From positions 57,153 to 121,152 of the forward strand of contig CAWAAL010000024.1 in the NCBI GenBank assembly GCA_963779975.1: a stretch of 64,000 bases of DNA, read 5' to 3'. Within the stretch, counting starts at the first letter, position 1. Every line of letters starts with the position of its first letter. A program made the translations under genes and the position numbers. Shown here in pieces: positions 45,008 through 54,492 of this stretch. The notes under the pieces were generated by a model, which saw nothing but the letters and a program-made list of their open reading frames with translations, was not told the DNA's origin and searched no databases. The stretch comes from an uncultured Planctomycetia bacterium (lineage in GTDB: Bacteria > Planctomycetota > Planctomycetia > Pirellulales > Thermoguttaceae).

Positions 45008-46570
45008 CTAGTTGTCCACGTCCTTCCGGAGGGGCAATTGGACCACGATCCGGGTTCCCTTGCCCAAGCTGCTCGTGATGGTCGCGGATCCCCCAAACAA
45101 CTTTGCGCGTTTCTGAATTCCTTCCAAGCCAAAGTGGCCGTCGCCGACTTCACGGGGATTGAAGCCGATGCCCCAGTCTTGGACCTCAATCAGAACGTGC
45201 CGGTTCCGCCGGGTCAACCTGACGAGCACGCGCTCGCTCTGGCTGTAGCGGCGGGCGTTGGCAAGGCCCTCTTGCAGGATCCGATAAATGGTATTTTCCG
45301 ACGCGGGCTCCCACCGCTCGCCGTCGAGGTTATGGACGAACTCGATCTCTGGTTTGCCCGGAGCGCTGCCTTGGGAGATAAGGTCCTCGATGGCAGCCAC
45401 CACGCCGCATTCGTCCATGAGCGGTGAACGCAGTCCACGGATCAACCGGCGTGCTTCCCGCATACAGTCGTCAAGCGCTCTTAGTCCAGTCTCGAAACTC
45501 GTCCAGACCTCGCCGTCTCCCTCTCCTTTGAACCGGCTGAACGCCGCAAAGTGCGTGATCGCGGCGGCGAGTTGCTGGACGAATCCGTCGTGGATTTCGC
45601 AGGAAACCACTTGTCGATCCCGGTCCTGCAATTCCAGCAAGTGGCGGAGATACTGCTGCTCCTTGAGCGACTGTTCCTCTGTCTGCCGACGCTCCTTGAT
45701 CTCCGGCCTCGACGGTTCGGCGGCTTGATCGCGGCCAAGCCCGGCGGCGTGCCCAGGGACGGGATCGGTATCCAGGCCCAGGAACTGCGGACCTTGCGAC
45801 GCCCACTCGGTCGGGTCCAAGGGCCCCGTGACCCTAGTAAGACCGAGATCCAGCGTGCGGAGTTGTCTCAACCCCTTGAGGTGCTCCATGCCGGCGTCGC
45901 TGACCTCGGTGCCGCGGAGGCCCAGCGACTGGAGTTGCCTCAATCCCTTGACGTGTTCCAGGCCGGCGTCCGTGACCTTGGTGCCGCCGAGGTCGAGTTC
46001 TCGAAGTCGGGGCAGACCCCTGAGGTGCTTCAGATCGGCGCCGGTAGCCCAGAAGCACAATTCTTCGAGTTCGGGCAGACCGCGGAGGTGCTGCAAACCG
46101 GCATCGGTGACTTCGGTGCCGCCGAGCCCCAGTTCTTGGAGTTGCCGCAACGCCTGGAGGCGCTTCAGACCGGCGTCGGTGACCTTGGCGCCGCTGAGGT
46201 CCAGCGTCTGGAGTTGGGGCAGATCCTCAAGGTGCTCCAGGCCGGCGTCGCTGACCTCGGCGCCGCCGAGGTCCAGCGTCTGGAGTTGGAACAGACCCTT
46301 GAGGTGTTCCAGACCGGCGTCGCTGACCTTGGTGCCGCCGAGGTCCAGCGTTTGGAGTTGCGTCAGCCCCTTCAGGTGTTCCAAACCGGCGTCGCCGACT
46401 TCCGTGTGGGAGAGATACAACTCTCGGAGCAGGGGCAAGTCCTTGAGGCACTCCAAGGCGTCGTCGTCGAGCAGGCACCAGGAGAGGTCAACGGATATCG
46501 CAACGTCGCCTCGCAACAACTGGATCTTGGCAATCGCCTCTGCGCAATCCGGGTAATCTGGCTTCATCAT
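45008..46570 (-). CDS. cytoplasmic leucine-rich-repeat domain fused to HisKA_3/HATPase_c histidine kinase
   Basis: About 9 repeats of TxVSDAGLEHLKGLxQLQTLDLGG (24 aa), a coiled coil, then SCEIHDGFVQQLAAA (H-box, NarX/DegS type) and LEGIQKRAKLFGGSATITS. Confidence 0.75.
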   Translation of the reverse strand: MMKPDYPDCAEAIAKIQLLRGDVAISVDLSWCLLDDDALECLKDLPLLRELYLSHTEVGDAGLEHLKGLTQLQTLDLGGTKVSDAGLEHLKGLFQLQTLDLGGAEVSDAGLEHLEDLPQLQTLDLSGAKVTDAGLKRLQALRQLQELGLGGTEVTDAGLQHLRGLPELEELCFWATGADLKHLRGLPRLRELDLGGTKVTDAGLEHVKGLRQLQSLGLRGTEVSDAGMEHLKGLRQLRTLDLGLTRVTGPLDPTEWASQGPQFLGLDTDPVPGHAAGLGRDQAAEPSRPEIKERRQTEEQSLKEQQYLRHLLELQDRDRQVVSCEIHDGFVQQLAAAITHFAAFSRFKGEGDGEVWTSFETGLRALDDCMREARRLIRGLRSPLMDECGVVAAIEDLISQGSAPGKPEIEFVHNLDGERWEPASENTIYRILQEGLANARRYSQSERVLVRLTRRNRHVLIEVQDWGIGFNPREVGDGHFGLEGIQKRAKLFGGSATITSSLGKGTRIVVQLPLRKDVDN

Positions 46571-46670
46571 TCACTATTCCTTAATTCGCTCCCTACTGTT
46601 AATGCGAAATCCGCGCTGTGCGTCCGCCAGATTCCGAAAATCGCAGACGCGGAAAAAGACGACAATCCAC

Positions 46671-46862
46671 TTGCTTTCCTCATGCCGCGCCATACAATGG
46701 TTAATGGAGGGGTGGCGAAGTCGAAAGCCGCTCGCCCCAGAAGTGAATTGGAAGTCGTCGGACGACTAGATAAAGAGCAAGCCGGCCGTGCCGGGGGGCT
46801 CGTTAGTGAGTAAGCCGACGTGGCGGAATACCTCCGGGTGTTCCGCCACGTCGGCTTTTTTC
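46671..46862 (+). ncRNA. GTCGGATGACTAG-box RNA module, copy 9 (box variant GTCGGACGACTAG)
   Basis: TTGCTT 46671-46676, 16 nt, TACAAT 46693-46698. Box 46757-46769; T6 46856-46861. 38 nt to ATG 46900. Confidence 0.7.
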
Positions 46863-46899
46863 GTTCTTGATCGTTTCTTAACCAATACAGAGGATCGTC

Positions 46900-47115
46900 A
46901 TGAGAAGGCTGATGTTCGTGGTCGTTTTGCTCGTGATCGGCATCGCCGGCTTCGGGTATTACCGCGGTTGGTTCGCTTTCACGGTGGACAAAGACAAGTT
47001 CCACCAAGATGAACAAACAACCAGGGAAAGGGTGCAAGGCGCCGGGCAAGAGGCCAAGGAAAAGGTCGACAATCTGACTGGCGGCAAGGTCAAAGAACCC
47101 CAGCGCCAACCCTGA
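46900..47115 (+). CDS. small N-terminally anchored membrane protein
   Basis: MRRLMFVVVLLVIGIAGFGYYRGWF, then a charged tail (KDKFHQDEQTTRERVQGAGQEAKEKVDNL). RBS GAGGA. Confidence 0.5.
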   Translation: MRRLMFVVVLLVIGIAGFGYYRGWFAFTVDKDKFHQDEQTTRERVQGAGQEAKEKVDNLTGGKVKEPQRQP

Positions 47116-47200
47116 GACTTTACACTTTGTGGATGCTAATCACGGACCATGTTGGCATTTCGCCAACTTGGGCACACTATACGTGAAGGAGAATTTGATC

Positions 47201-47377
47201 ATGTTACGGCTTGCTATCGTGTTCCTCGTCATCGCCCTGATCGCCGGGTTCCTCGGCTTTGCAGGAGTGGCACAATTATCCTGGGACGGAGCGAAGATCC
47301 TCTTCGTTGTCTTCCTGATCCTCGCCGTGCTCTCTTTCGTGGGGCACGGTTTCCGGAGGCGACCCTACTGGGGGTAA
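47201..47377 (+). CDS. DUF1328 (UPF0391/YtjA-like) small membrane protein
   Basis: ATG 47201 follows RBS GAAGGAG. MLRLAIVFLVIALIAGFLGFAGVAQLSWDGAKILFVVFLILAVLSFV. Confidence 0.7.
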   Translation: MLRLAIVFLVIALIAGFLGFAGVAQLSWDGAKILFVVFLILAVLSFVGHGFRRRPYWG

Positions 47378-47384
47378 CGCATAG

Positions 47385-47571
47385 TTGCCTTTTTCCCCTT
47401 GCGGCGTATAATGATGGTGCTGGCAGAACCGCGACGCACTTCATCGCGACTCTGGCAGTGAAATTGTCGGATGACTAGATAGAGAGCAACCCGGCCGTGC
47501 CGGGGGGCTCGTTAGCGAGTAAGCCGACGTGGTCGAATACCTGCGGGTGTTCCGTCACGTCGGCTTTTTTG
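47385..47571 (+). ncRNA. GTCGGATGACTAG-box RNA module, copy 10
   Basis: TTGCCT 47385-47390 (8 nt after the DUF1328 stop), 16 nt, TATAAT 47407-47412. Box 47466-47478; T6 47565-47570. 29 nt to ATG 47600. Confidence 0.75.
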
Positions 47572-47599
47572 TTTTCTTACCCGAAAGGAAGGTGCCACA

Positions 47600-48010
47600 A
47601 TGTCGGAAAACCGCATCAAGATCGCTCCCGAGACAGTAGCGTATGCTGACTCGGAGACGCGCAAGCTCGTGGTGGAATTCGCCATCCCGGGAGCGCCCAC
47701 GGATTCCATCGACGTGAAGATCCTGGGAGACAGCATCCACCTGACGGCGCCCGCAAGGGACATCGAGTATGTTTCGGCCCTGGCTTTAGCCTGGCCGGTG
47801 AAACCGGACAAAGCCGAAGCGATCTACGAGCACGGACTGCTCCGCATCGAGGTGCCCTTCAAAGATCCGATGGAGGATGCCGTGAAGGTTGCCATCAAGA
47901 CAGCCGGTACCGAAACCAAGCCCGCAGTAATCGCGACTCCAGCGGTTCCGCCGGCGGTTGGACGCGGCAGTAGCAAGCCGCTGGCCGTCGAACCGGCCTT
48001 AACGGTCTGA
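47600..48010 (+). CDS. Hsp20/alpha-crystallin family small heat-shock protein
   Basis: KLVVEFAIPGAPTDSIDVKILGDSIHLTA...AIYEHGLLRIEVPFK. Confidence 0.7.
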   Translation: MSENRIKIAPETVAYADSETRKLVVEFAIPGAPTDSIDVKILGDSIHLTAPARDIEYVSALALAWPVKPDKAEAIYEHGLLRIEVPFKDPMEDAVKVAIKTAGTETKPAVIATPAVPPAVGRGSSKPLAVEPALTV

Positions 48011-48138
48011 GCCGCGGGCCTTAACGGCCTGAGCCACGCCAGGGCACGCGTTGCCCCAGGCCTCGGTTTCTCAGCGGCGACAGGCTGTTGATCACGCTAA
48101 CTGCCGTGCCAACTTGCACGGCCATTTGGAAAGGCCGC

Positions 48139-48339
48139 TTGTGCTTCTCTTTCCGTACGGTATAATTGGAGTGTGCTGCGAGGCGGCGGAGAGCTCCGCG
48201 CGACTTGCTGACGCAGTGGATTTGAATTCGTCGGATGACTAGATAAAGAGCAACTCGGCCGGAATGGCCGGGGGGCGCGTTGAAGAGTAAGCCGACGTGG
48301 GCGAATGCCTTTGGGTGTTCGGCTACGTCGGTTTTTTTG
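48139..48339 (+). ncRNA. GTCGGATGACTAG-box RNA module, copy 11 (most divergent)
   Basis: TTGTGC 48139-48144, 16 nt, TATAAT 48161-48166. Box 48230-48242; P2 variant CGGCC-ggaat-GGCCG; T7 48332-48338. 109 nt to ATG 48448. Confidence 0.7.
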
Positions 48340-48349
48340 TTTTCTGCTT

Positions 48350-48421
48350 AGAACGTTCGGAAGAAATTGGTGCGAGTCCCGCGTTTTTCCAGGGCTTCCG
48401 CCCATTTCTTCCGAATGTTCT
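48350..48421 (+). repeat. second hairpin element (IR2), copy B
   Basis: AGAACGTTCGGAAGAAAT ... ATTTCTTCCGAATGTTCT, same position relative to the module U-tract as copy A. Confidence 0.75.
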
Positions 48422-48447
48422 TGGGAAACCACCACAGGAGGTGATCA

Positions 48448-49683
48448 ATGAATAATGTTCGGCCGCTTTTCGTATCGACCTATCCGCCGGAAGCCTGCGG
48501 ACTGGCGACCTTCACCCGCGACTCGGCCGACGCCGTGGACATGGCGGCGGGCGCGCGCGTCTCGTCGATTGCGGCGATCCGGAAGACCGCCGCGCTTTGC
48601 TACGACGATCCGCGCGTAGTCCACGTCATCGACAATGGCCGCCCGGACGCATACCGCCTCGCCGCGGAGGCGGCCAACGACGGCCCCTGGGACGTGGTGA
48701 GCTTGCAGCACGAATTCGGCCTTTATCCCGACGATTGGGGCCGACGCGTGCTGGACTTCGTGCGCGACTGCCATAAACCGATCGTCACCACGTTCCACAC
48801 GCTCCTGACCGAGCCCACCGCGCTGCCGCGATACATCATTCAGAAATTGGCGGCCCGCAGCCAAGGCGTCATCGTGATGACGAGAGTCGCGGCGCGGCTG
48901 TTGGAGCAGATCTACCAGGTGTCCGGGGCAAAGGTACAGGTGATTCCCCATGGCGTGCCGGAGGTTCCCTATCAACGCGACGGCTCGCACAAGACACGGT
49001 TGGGGTTCGCCGGCCGGCAGGTGATATGCACCTTCGGACTGATCAATCGAGGCAAGGGACTCGAATACATGATTGGGGCCATGCCGCGGATCGTCGCCGC
49101 TTGCCCGGACGCCTTGTACTTGATCGTGGGCGTTACCCACCCGCAGGTCAAACGGCAGGAGGGCGAGGTCTACCGAGAAAGCCTGGTCGCGATGACCGAG
49201 AAACTGGGCGTTGCCGCCAACGTCCGTTTCGTCAACAAGTATCTCAGCCTGGCCGACCTGCTGGTGCATTTGCAGGCGTGCGACGTGTACGTTACACCCT
49301 ATCCGGGCAAAGACCAGATTGCCAGCGGCACCTTGGCCTATGCCTTGGCAGCCGGCGGCGCGGTGGTCAGCACCCCCTACCTCTATGCCGAAGAAGTCCT
49401 GGCCAACGGGCGCGGTCTGCTCGTGCCGTTTGGTGAAAGCCGTGCCATGGCCGACGCCACGTTGCGGTTCCTGACAGACCCCGTGTTCCAAATGGAGACT
49501 CGACGCAAAGCGTACCGCTACGCAAAACCCATGTTCTGGCCGAACGTGGGCCTCAGGTACTTGGACTATTTCACGCGTGTTTCCGCCCGCAGAACGGCGG
49601 TCGTCCCCCCATACCACCGAGAGTTTGTGACGTCAGGCAGCGAGCGCGAGCCCGTGCAGGTCGTACAAGCAGGAGGCATCTGA
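48448..49683 (+). CDS. GT4-family glycosyltransferase
   Basis: ATG 48448 follows [25 protein letters not shown]..., [44 protein letters not shown]. Confidence 0.75.
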   Translation: MNNVRPLFVSTYPPEACGLATFTRDSADAVDMAAGARVSSIAAIRKTAALCYDDPRVVHVIDNGRPDAYRLAAEAANDGPWDVVSLQHEFGLYPDDWGRRVLDFVRDCHKPIVTTFHTLLTEPTALPRYIIQKLAARSQGVIVMTRVAARLLEQIYQVSGAKVQVIPHGVPEVPYQRDGSHKTRLGFAGRQVICTFGLINRGKGLEYMIGAMPRIVAACPDALYLIVGVTHPQVKRQEGEVYRESLVAMTEKLGVAANVRFVNKYLSLADLLVHLQACDVYVTPYPGKDQIASGTLAYALAAGGAVVSTPYLYAEEVLANGRGLLVPFGESRAMADATLRFLTDPVFQMETRRKAYRYAKPMFWPNVGLRYLDYFTRVSARRTAVVPPYHREFVTSGSEREPVQVVQAGGI

Positions 49684-50780
49684 TGTTCGTCCGTGACGCC
49701 GTCGTCTTGAACCACCTCGACCACATGACCGACTCGACCGGGTTGGTTCAACACGCCATTTTCAGCCTCCCCAGGCGCGAGAGCGGCTACACGACCGACG
49801 ACAACGCCCGGGCCTTGCGGCTCTGCGTTCGTCTCTGGAACCAGCATCCCCACGAGAAGATGTTGAAGCGGGTGACCAACTACCTGAGCTTTCTCGAATT
49901 TGCGCGTGGCATCGGCCGCGGATTTCACAATTTCCTCAGCTACGATCGGCGTTGGCTCGATGCCGAAGGCTGCGGTGATTGCCAGGGCCAAGCAGTCCGT
50001 GCCCTGGCGGAAGTGCTCGGCAGCAACTTGCCCGATGGCTACCGGGCGTTGGGTCGCGAGTTGATCGAAGCGGTTTTGCCCACCCTCGCCGATCTGCGGA
50101 GCCTGCGTGCCCAATCCTACGTGATCCTGGCTTACGGGCATTTGTGGAGCAAGGGGGCAGAAGACATCGAACCTCTGGAAAGCGTAGCCTGGTCGGCGGC
50201 GCGGCGGCTGGCCGAATGCTACGACCACGCCCGGCGGCCGGATTGGCAGTGGTTCGAGTCGCGCATGACCTATGCCAATGCGGTCTTGCCGCACGCCTTG
50301 TTCGTCGCTGCCAAGCGTTGGCCGCAGGAAAACTTCCTCGACATCGCGCGGGCCTCGTTTTCCTTCCTCGACCGGAAGACGACGGTCGTGAGCCAGAGTA
50401 CTGGGTGCTCCGTCTTCTGGCCGATCGGGAACGAGGGCTGGCATCCCCGCGGGGAGGAAAAGGCGCCCTACGATCAACAGCCCGTGGAAGCCGTCACGAT
50501 GGCCGAAACCGCGCTGGCCGCGCTGGACCTGCTTGGCGACGAGGAGTACTTGGCGAGTTTCCGCCGTGCCCACGGTTGGTTCCATGGCCGCAATAGCCTG
50601 GGCCAGTCGCTCATCGATGTCCGGGCCGGTGCCTGCTACGACGGCCTGCAGGCCACCGGCGTGAATTACAACCAGGGGGCCGAATCGACGCTCGCGTATT
50701 TGTGGGCGGAAATGAGCAAACACGAAATCCTGCACTTGCTTGGCGAAAACTGCCCCACGCTTGCCGGCGCGGAGGCCTGA
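49683..50780 (+). CDS. conserved hypothetical, possibly (alpha/alpha)6-barrel-like
   Basis: TGATG overlap with GT4. TTDDNARALRL..., repeated helical W/Y-rich segments. Family not recognised with certainty. Confidence 0.4.
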   Translation: MFVRDAVVLNHLDHMTDSTGLVQHAIFSLPRRESGYTTDDNARALRLCVRLWNQHPHEKMLKRVTNYLSFLEFARGIGRGFHNFLSYDRRWLDAEGCGDCQGQAVRALAEVLGSNLPDGYRALGRELIEAVLPTLADLRSLRAQSYVILAYGHLWSKGAEDIEPLESVAWSAARRLAECYDHARRPDWQWFESRMTYANAVLPHALFVAAKRWPQENFLDIARASFSFLDRKTTVVSQSTGCSVFWPIGNEGWHPRGEEKAPYDQQPVEAVTMAETALAALDLLGDEEYLASFRRAHGWFHGRNSLGQSLIDVRAGACYDGLQATGVNYNQGAESTLAYLWAEMSKHEILHLLGENCPTLAGAEA

Positions 50781-50812
50781 AGGTATTCCAGTGACGACAA
50801 ATCCCTACGATC

Positions 50813-51943
50813 ATGGCAGCAAACCAGAAAATTAGCGCAACCAGTTCGGTTCTCCCGAGGACCTCCGCCGTGTTGAAGTTCGGCCCGGGTGACGAGTTTC
50901 ATCAGGAGCTTCGACGCCGCATCGATCGGTATTTCACGCGCACCGGGCTGGGGCGCCGCGACTGCCCGCAGATGTACCTGAAGACGGCGGTTGTTCTCGG
51001 CTGGCTGGCGGCATCCTACGTGCTGTTGGTGTTTGTCGCAGGATCGTGGTGGTTGGCCTTGTTGCTGGCGATTTCGCTGGGCCTGGCGATGGCCGCGGTC
51101 GGGTTCGATATCCAGCACGATGGCGGACATCATGCCTACTCGGACCGTCCTTGGATCAACCGCCTCATGGCGAGATCCCTCGATCTGCTGGGCGGCAGTT
51201 CGTACTTCTGGGCCAGGAAGCACAACGCGATGCACCACAGCAACACCAACATCACCGGCCACGACGACGACATCGACCTCGGCTATTTCGGTCGGCTCTC
51301 GCCACACCAGAAGCGACTCACCATTCACCGTTTCCAGCAGTATTATCTCTGGGTGTTGTATGGCTTTCTGCCTCTGAAGTGGCAACTCTACGACGACTTT
51401 CATGACTGGGCGGCCGGCCAGATCGGCGGGCGCCAGTTCGCGCGACCCAAGGGGTGGGATTTGGCGGTGTTTCTCGGCGGCAAGGCGTTTTTTTTTTCGC
51501 TGGCCCTGCTGCTCCCGCTGCTCGTGCATCCGTTGTGGGCCGTAGTGTTGTTCTACCTCACCGCGTCGCTGGTCCAGGGAGTTACGCTGAGTGTCGTGTT
51601 TCAGTTGGCGCATTGCGTGGAGGAGGCCGCTTTTCCCCTGCCGCGGCCGGATACCGGCCGGATGGAGACGGGCTGGGCCGAACACCAGGTCGAAACGACC
51701 GTCGATTTCGCCCGCCGGAACCGGCTGCTCTCCTGGTTCATCGGGGGGCTGAACTTCCAGATCGAGCACCACCTCTTCCCCCGCCTTTGCCACGTCCATT
51801 ACCCGGCGATCGCGCCGCTGGTGGAAGAGACCTGCCGGGAGTTCGGGCTGTTCTACATGGCGCACGAGACCTTTCGGGCGGGTGTCGGTTCCCATTTCCG
51901 CTGGCTGCGGCGGATGGGCGCGTCAAACACCGTCTTGGAATGA
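50813..51943 (+). CDS. membrane fatty-acid desaturase family protein
   Basis: His boxes HDGGHH, HNAMHH and QIEHHLFP, with four TM segments. Confidence 0.85.
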   Translation: MAANQKISATSSVLPRTSAVLKFGPGDEFHQELRRRIDRYFTRTGLGRRDCPQMYLKTAVVLGWLAASYVLLVFVAGSWWLALLLAISLGLAMAAVGFDIQHDGGHHAYSDRPWINRLMARSLDLLGGSSYFWARKHNAMHHSNTNITGHDDDIDLGYFGRLSPHQKRLTIHRFQQYYLWVLYGFLPLKWQLYDDFHDWAAGQIGGRQFARPKGWDLAVFLGGKAFFFSLALLLPLLVHPLWAVVLFYLTASLVQGVTLSVVFQLAHCVEEAAFPLPRPDTGRMETGWAEHQVETTVDFARRNRLLSWFIGGLNFQIEHHLFPRLCHVHYPAIAPLVEETCREFGLFYMAHETFRAGVGSHFRWLRRMGASNTVLE

Positions 51944-53467
51944 ATGGAGAAGATCTTGCACGACGCCTCCGGCCACGATCTTGCGCCTCGATCCAACCAC
52001 CGAAAAGGAAACGACGGTTCCCTGAAAGTCCGACGTTTGCCGGTCACCTTCCGCAGCGATTTTCGCCGCGTCATTACTCGCTTCTTTAACCCCGGCGGGG
52101 GGGCGCGGATCTGCCGCGTCATCGACCGCGTGCGCACCCTGAACGACGAACAGGTCGACCGCTTGCTCGACGAGGTGTTCGTCAAGTTCCGTACCCGCCA
52201 CGGCAACATTGCCTCAGTGATTGACGAGAACTACCGGACGGCCCTGGGCATAGCCGGCCAACCGGACGAGTGCTCGCGCAATCGCCGCATGCTGATCGGA
52301 GCTTACTTGACCGCGGAGTATTCGCTCGAATCCGCGGCGCTGTTCAATCCCTCGATCGTCCCGCATCACGACCAGCGTAACCTTCCCACCGGCGCGGTGC
52401 GGATCATCATGAGCCTGCGGGCGACCGGCAAGGGGCACGTCTCCTCCATCGTCTTTCGCACCGGCGTCATCTATTCCGATCACCAGATCCAAATCGACGC
52501 TTGCAGCCGCTTCAGTAATCCTGTTCGGGTTGTGCGCGACAAGCAATATGAGAAGTCTCTGTTCCGCCGCAAGCTCAAAGACATCGGCGTGAACGATGCG
52601 GTGACGGACGTCGTCCTGGATCGCCTCGGCGACTTTTTCACTTTGGCCCAGCTCGAGCAGGCCATTGCGGAATCGCAGGCTGCGGCGCCCGAGAAGCTTC
52701 AACTCGATGAATCGCTCCAGGACATCCATTGGTTGGCCGACTCGAACTACCAGTTGGAGCTGCCGCGGGATGCGGAAGCCTCGGAGTTGGTGATTTTTCC
52801 GCTGACCAGCAACGAAAGCCACGGCATCGAGGACCTCCGCCTGGTCCGCTTCGTGGACGACGACGACACGGTCACCTACTACGGCACCTGTACGGCCTTC
52901 GACGGTTATCGCCTGCTTCCGCAATTGATCGAGACCCGCGACTTCCTGCGGATCGGCGTCCACACGATCAACGGCGCCTGCGCATTGAACAAGGGCATGG
53001 CGATTTTCCCCCGGCGGATCAGCGGGCACTACGCGATGTGTTCGCGAATCGACGGCGAGAACCTGTACATCATGTACTCCGACATCGTCCACTTCTGGGA
53101 GACTGCCGAGTTGCTCCAGACGCCGCGCCCGCCCTGGGGTTTGGTGCAGATCGGCAACTGCGGTTCACCCCTGGAAACGCCGGAAGGCTGGCTGTTGCTG
53201 ACGCACGGCGTGGGCCCCATGCGCACCTATTGCATCGGCGCCATGCTGCTGGACCTGAACGACCCGCTGAAGGTGATCGGCTGCCTCGACGAACCGCTCA
53301 TCACGCCCACCGAACGGGAACGCGACGGCTACGTCCCCAACGTGGCCTATTCCTGCGGGGCAATGATCCACGCCGGGAACCTCTACCTCCCCTTCGCCAC
53401 GTCCGACATGATAACCCGCTTCGCCATCGTGTCGCTCGAAGCCCTGCTGAACCGACTGGTCGGCTAG
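51944..53467 (+). CDS. GH130-like glycosidase family protein with long N-terminal extension
   Basis: ATG directly after the desaturase stop. GIEDLRLVRFVDDD...YYGTCTAFDG, GWLLLTHGVGPMRTYCIGAMLLD, VPNVAYSCG. Confidence 0.65.
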   Translation: MEKILHDASGHDLAPRSNHRKGNDGSLKVRRLPVTFRSDFRRVITRFFNPGGGARICRVIDRVRTLNDEQVDRLLDEVFVKFRTRHGNIASVIDENYRTALGIAGQPDECSRNRRMLIGAYLTAEYSLESAALFNPSIVPHHDQRNLPTGAVRIIMSLRATGKGHVSSIVFRTGVIYSDHQIQIDACSRFSNPVRVVRDKQYEKSLFRRKLKDIGVNDAVTDVVLDRLGDFFTLAQLEQAIAESQAAAPEKLQLDESLQDIHWLADSNYQLELPRDAEASELVIFPLTSNESHGIEDLRLVRFVDDDDTVTYYGTCTAFDGYRLLPQLIETRDFLRIGVHTINGACALNKGMAIFPRRISGHYAMCSRIDGENLYIMYSDIVHFWETAELLQTPRPPWGLVQIGNCGSPLETPEGWLLLTHGVGPMRTYCIGAMLLDLNDPLKVIGCLDEPLITPTERERDGYVPNVAYSCGAMIHAGNLYLPFATSDMITRFAIVSLEALLNRLVG

Positions 53468-53497
53468 ACAAGATGCCGTAGAATTGGCGGCGTCGAG

Positions 53498-54492
53498 TTA
53501 CGACAGTTGCAGGCCCAACTCGAGCCGGCCGGCATTTTCCAGGGCTTTCGCCGCCGCGCATAAATCCTGAATTGCCACGCCGACGGACTTGAACAAGGTG
53601 ATCTCGTCCGCATGTCCTCGGCCCGGCGACCGACCCAGCACAACGTCGCCCAACTCCGTGGCGAAGTGCGACTCCTCGATCAAGCCTTGCCGCAATGGTT
53701 GGAGCAAATCACCTGCTTCTTCCAGCGCTGCTGCGAGGTGATCCACCACGACGTGCGCTCGGCAGACCGTGGCGGGAGGGATCTCGCTCACGTGCGGCTG
53801 GTAGGAACCGATCGCGTTGACGTGGACGCCATGCTTGAGATCGGAGTCTTCGAAGATGGGCTCCGACGAAGTGGTAGCCGTGCAAACGACGTCGGCGTCT
53901 TTCAGAGCTTCAACCGGGCTGGCCGCGCGTTCGACGGGCCGGCCGAGGCGCCGGGTCATTTCGGCCGCAAACCGATCCGCGGCAGACGGGGCCGCGTCAT
54001 AGATGTATGCCCGGTGGATCGTGCGCACGCAACAAACTGCTTCCAGTTGAGTGCGTGCCTGCGCGCGGCGCCAAACACAGCTACCACCGCGGCATCGGGT
54101 CGGGCCAGGAGATCCGTGGCCAGACCGGACGCGGCACCGGTGCGGATGGCGGTGAGGCTCGTACCGTCCATCACCGCCAGATGCGCACCGGTCGTGCCGT
54201 CGGTCAGGATCACCAGTGACTGAATCGTCGGCAGCCCGCACCGCGGGTTATCAGGAAATATCGTGATGGTCTTCAATGAGAACATCCGCAACGCGATGGA
54301 ATGGCAGGGCATGACAAGCGCCACGCCACGCTCGTCCGGCGTTTGCAGACTTGCGCGGGCAGGCAACGTCACCTGCCCGTCGGCTAACTGGGCGAACGCC
54401 TCGCGCATCGCCGCAATCGCGTCGGTCATCGGCAGCGCGCGGCATACGTCGGCAGCGGAAAGATAGAGCCATGGAGCGGTTCTCATCGTCAT
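53498..54492 (-). CDS. ornithine cyclodeaminase/mu-crystallin family protein, 1 frameshift in this sequence
   Basis: MTMRTAPWLYLSAADV...DGTSLTAIRTGAASGLATDLLAR...AVVAVFGA, then a shift near 54070 (a missing G) into AQARTQLEAVCCVRTIHRAYIYD...HVNAIGSY...FKSVGVAIQD. Confidence 0.75.

Noticed and set aside
47996-48040. 20-bp direct repeat (GGCCTTAACGGYCTGAGCC x2) spanning the Hsp20 stop codon.
   Set aside because: It is a small local duplication with no further copies or structure, and probably replication slippage.
10249-48339. Integron-like cassette array, with the repeated element acting as attC.
   Set aside because: No integrase gene is present. The element lacks an R''/R' (RYYYAAC...GTTRRRY) pairing architecture. 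It carries its own promoter and a U-tract terminator. The intervals between copies contain genes on both strands and span up to 8 kb.
10249-48339. CRISPR array.
   Set aside because: The repeats are about 185 bp with internal promoter and terminator features. Spacing is irregular (0.7-7.9 kb) and gene-containing, and there are no cas genes.
10249-48339. MITE or IS-derived element.
   Set aside because: I could see no terminal inverted repeats or target-site duplications at the borders, and there is no transposase in the window. Borders differ between copies (short and long forms). Recombinational spread remains possible and is reported as a finding.
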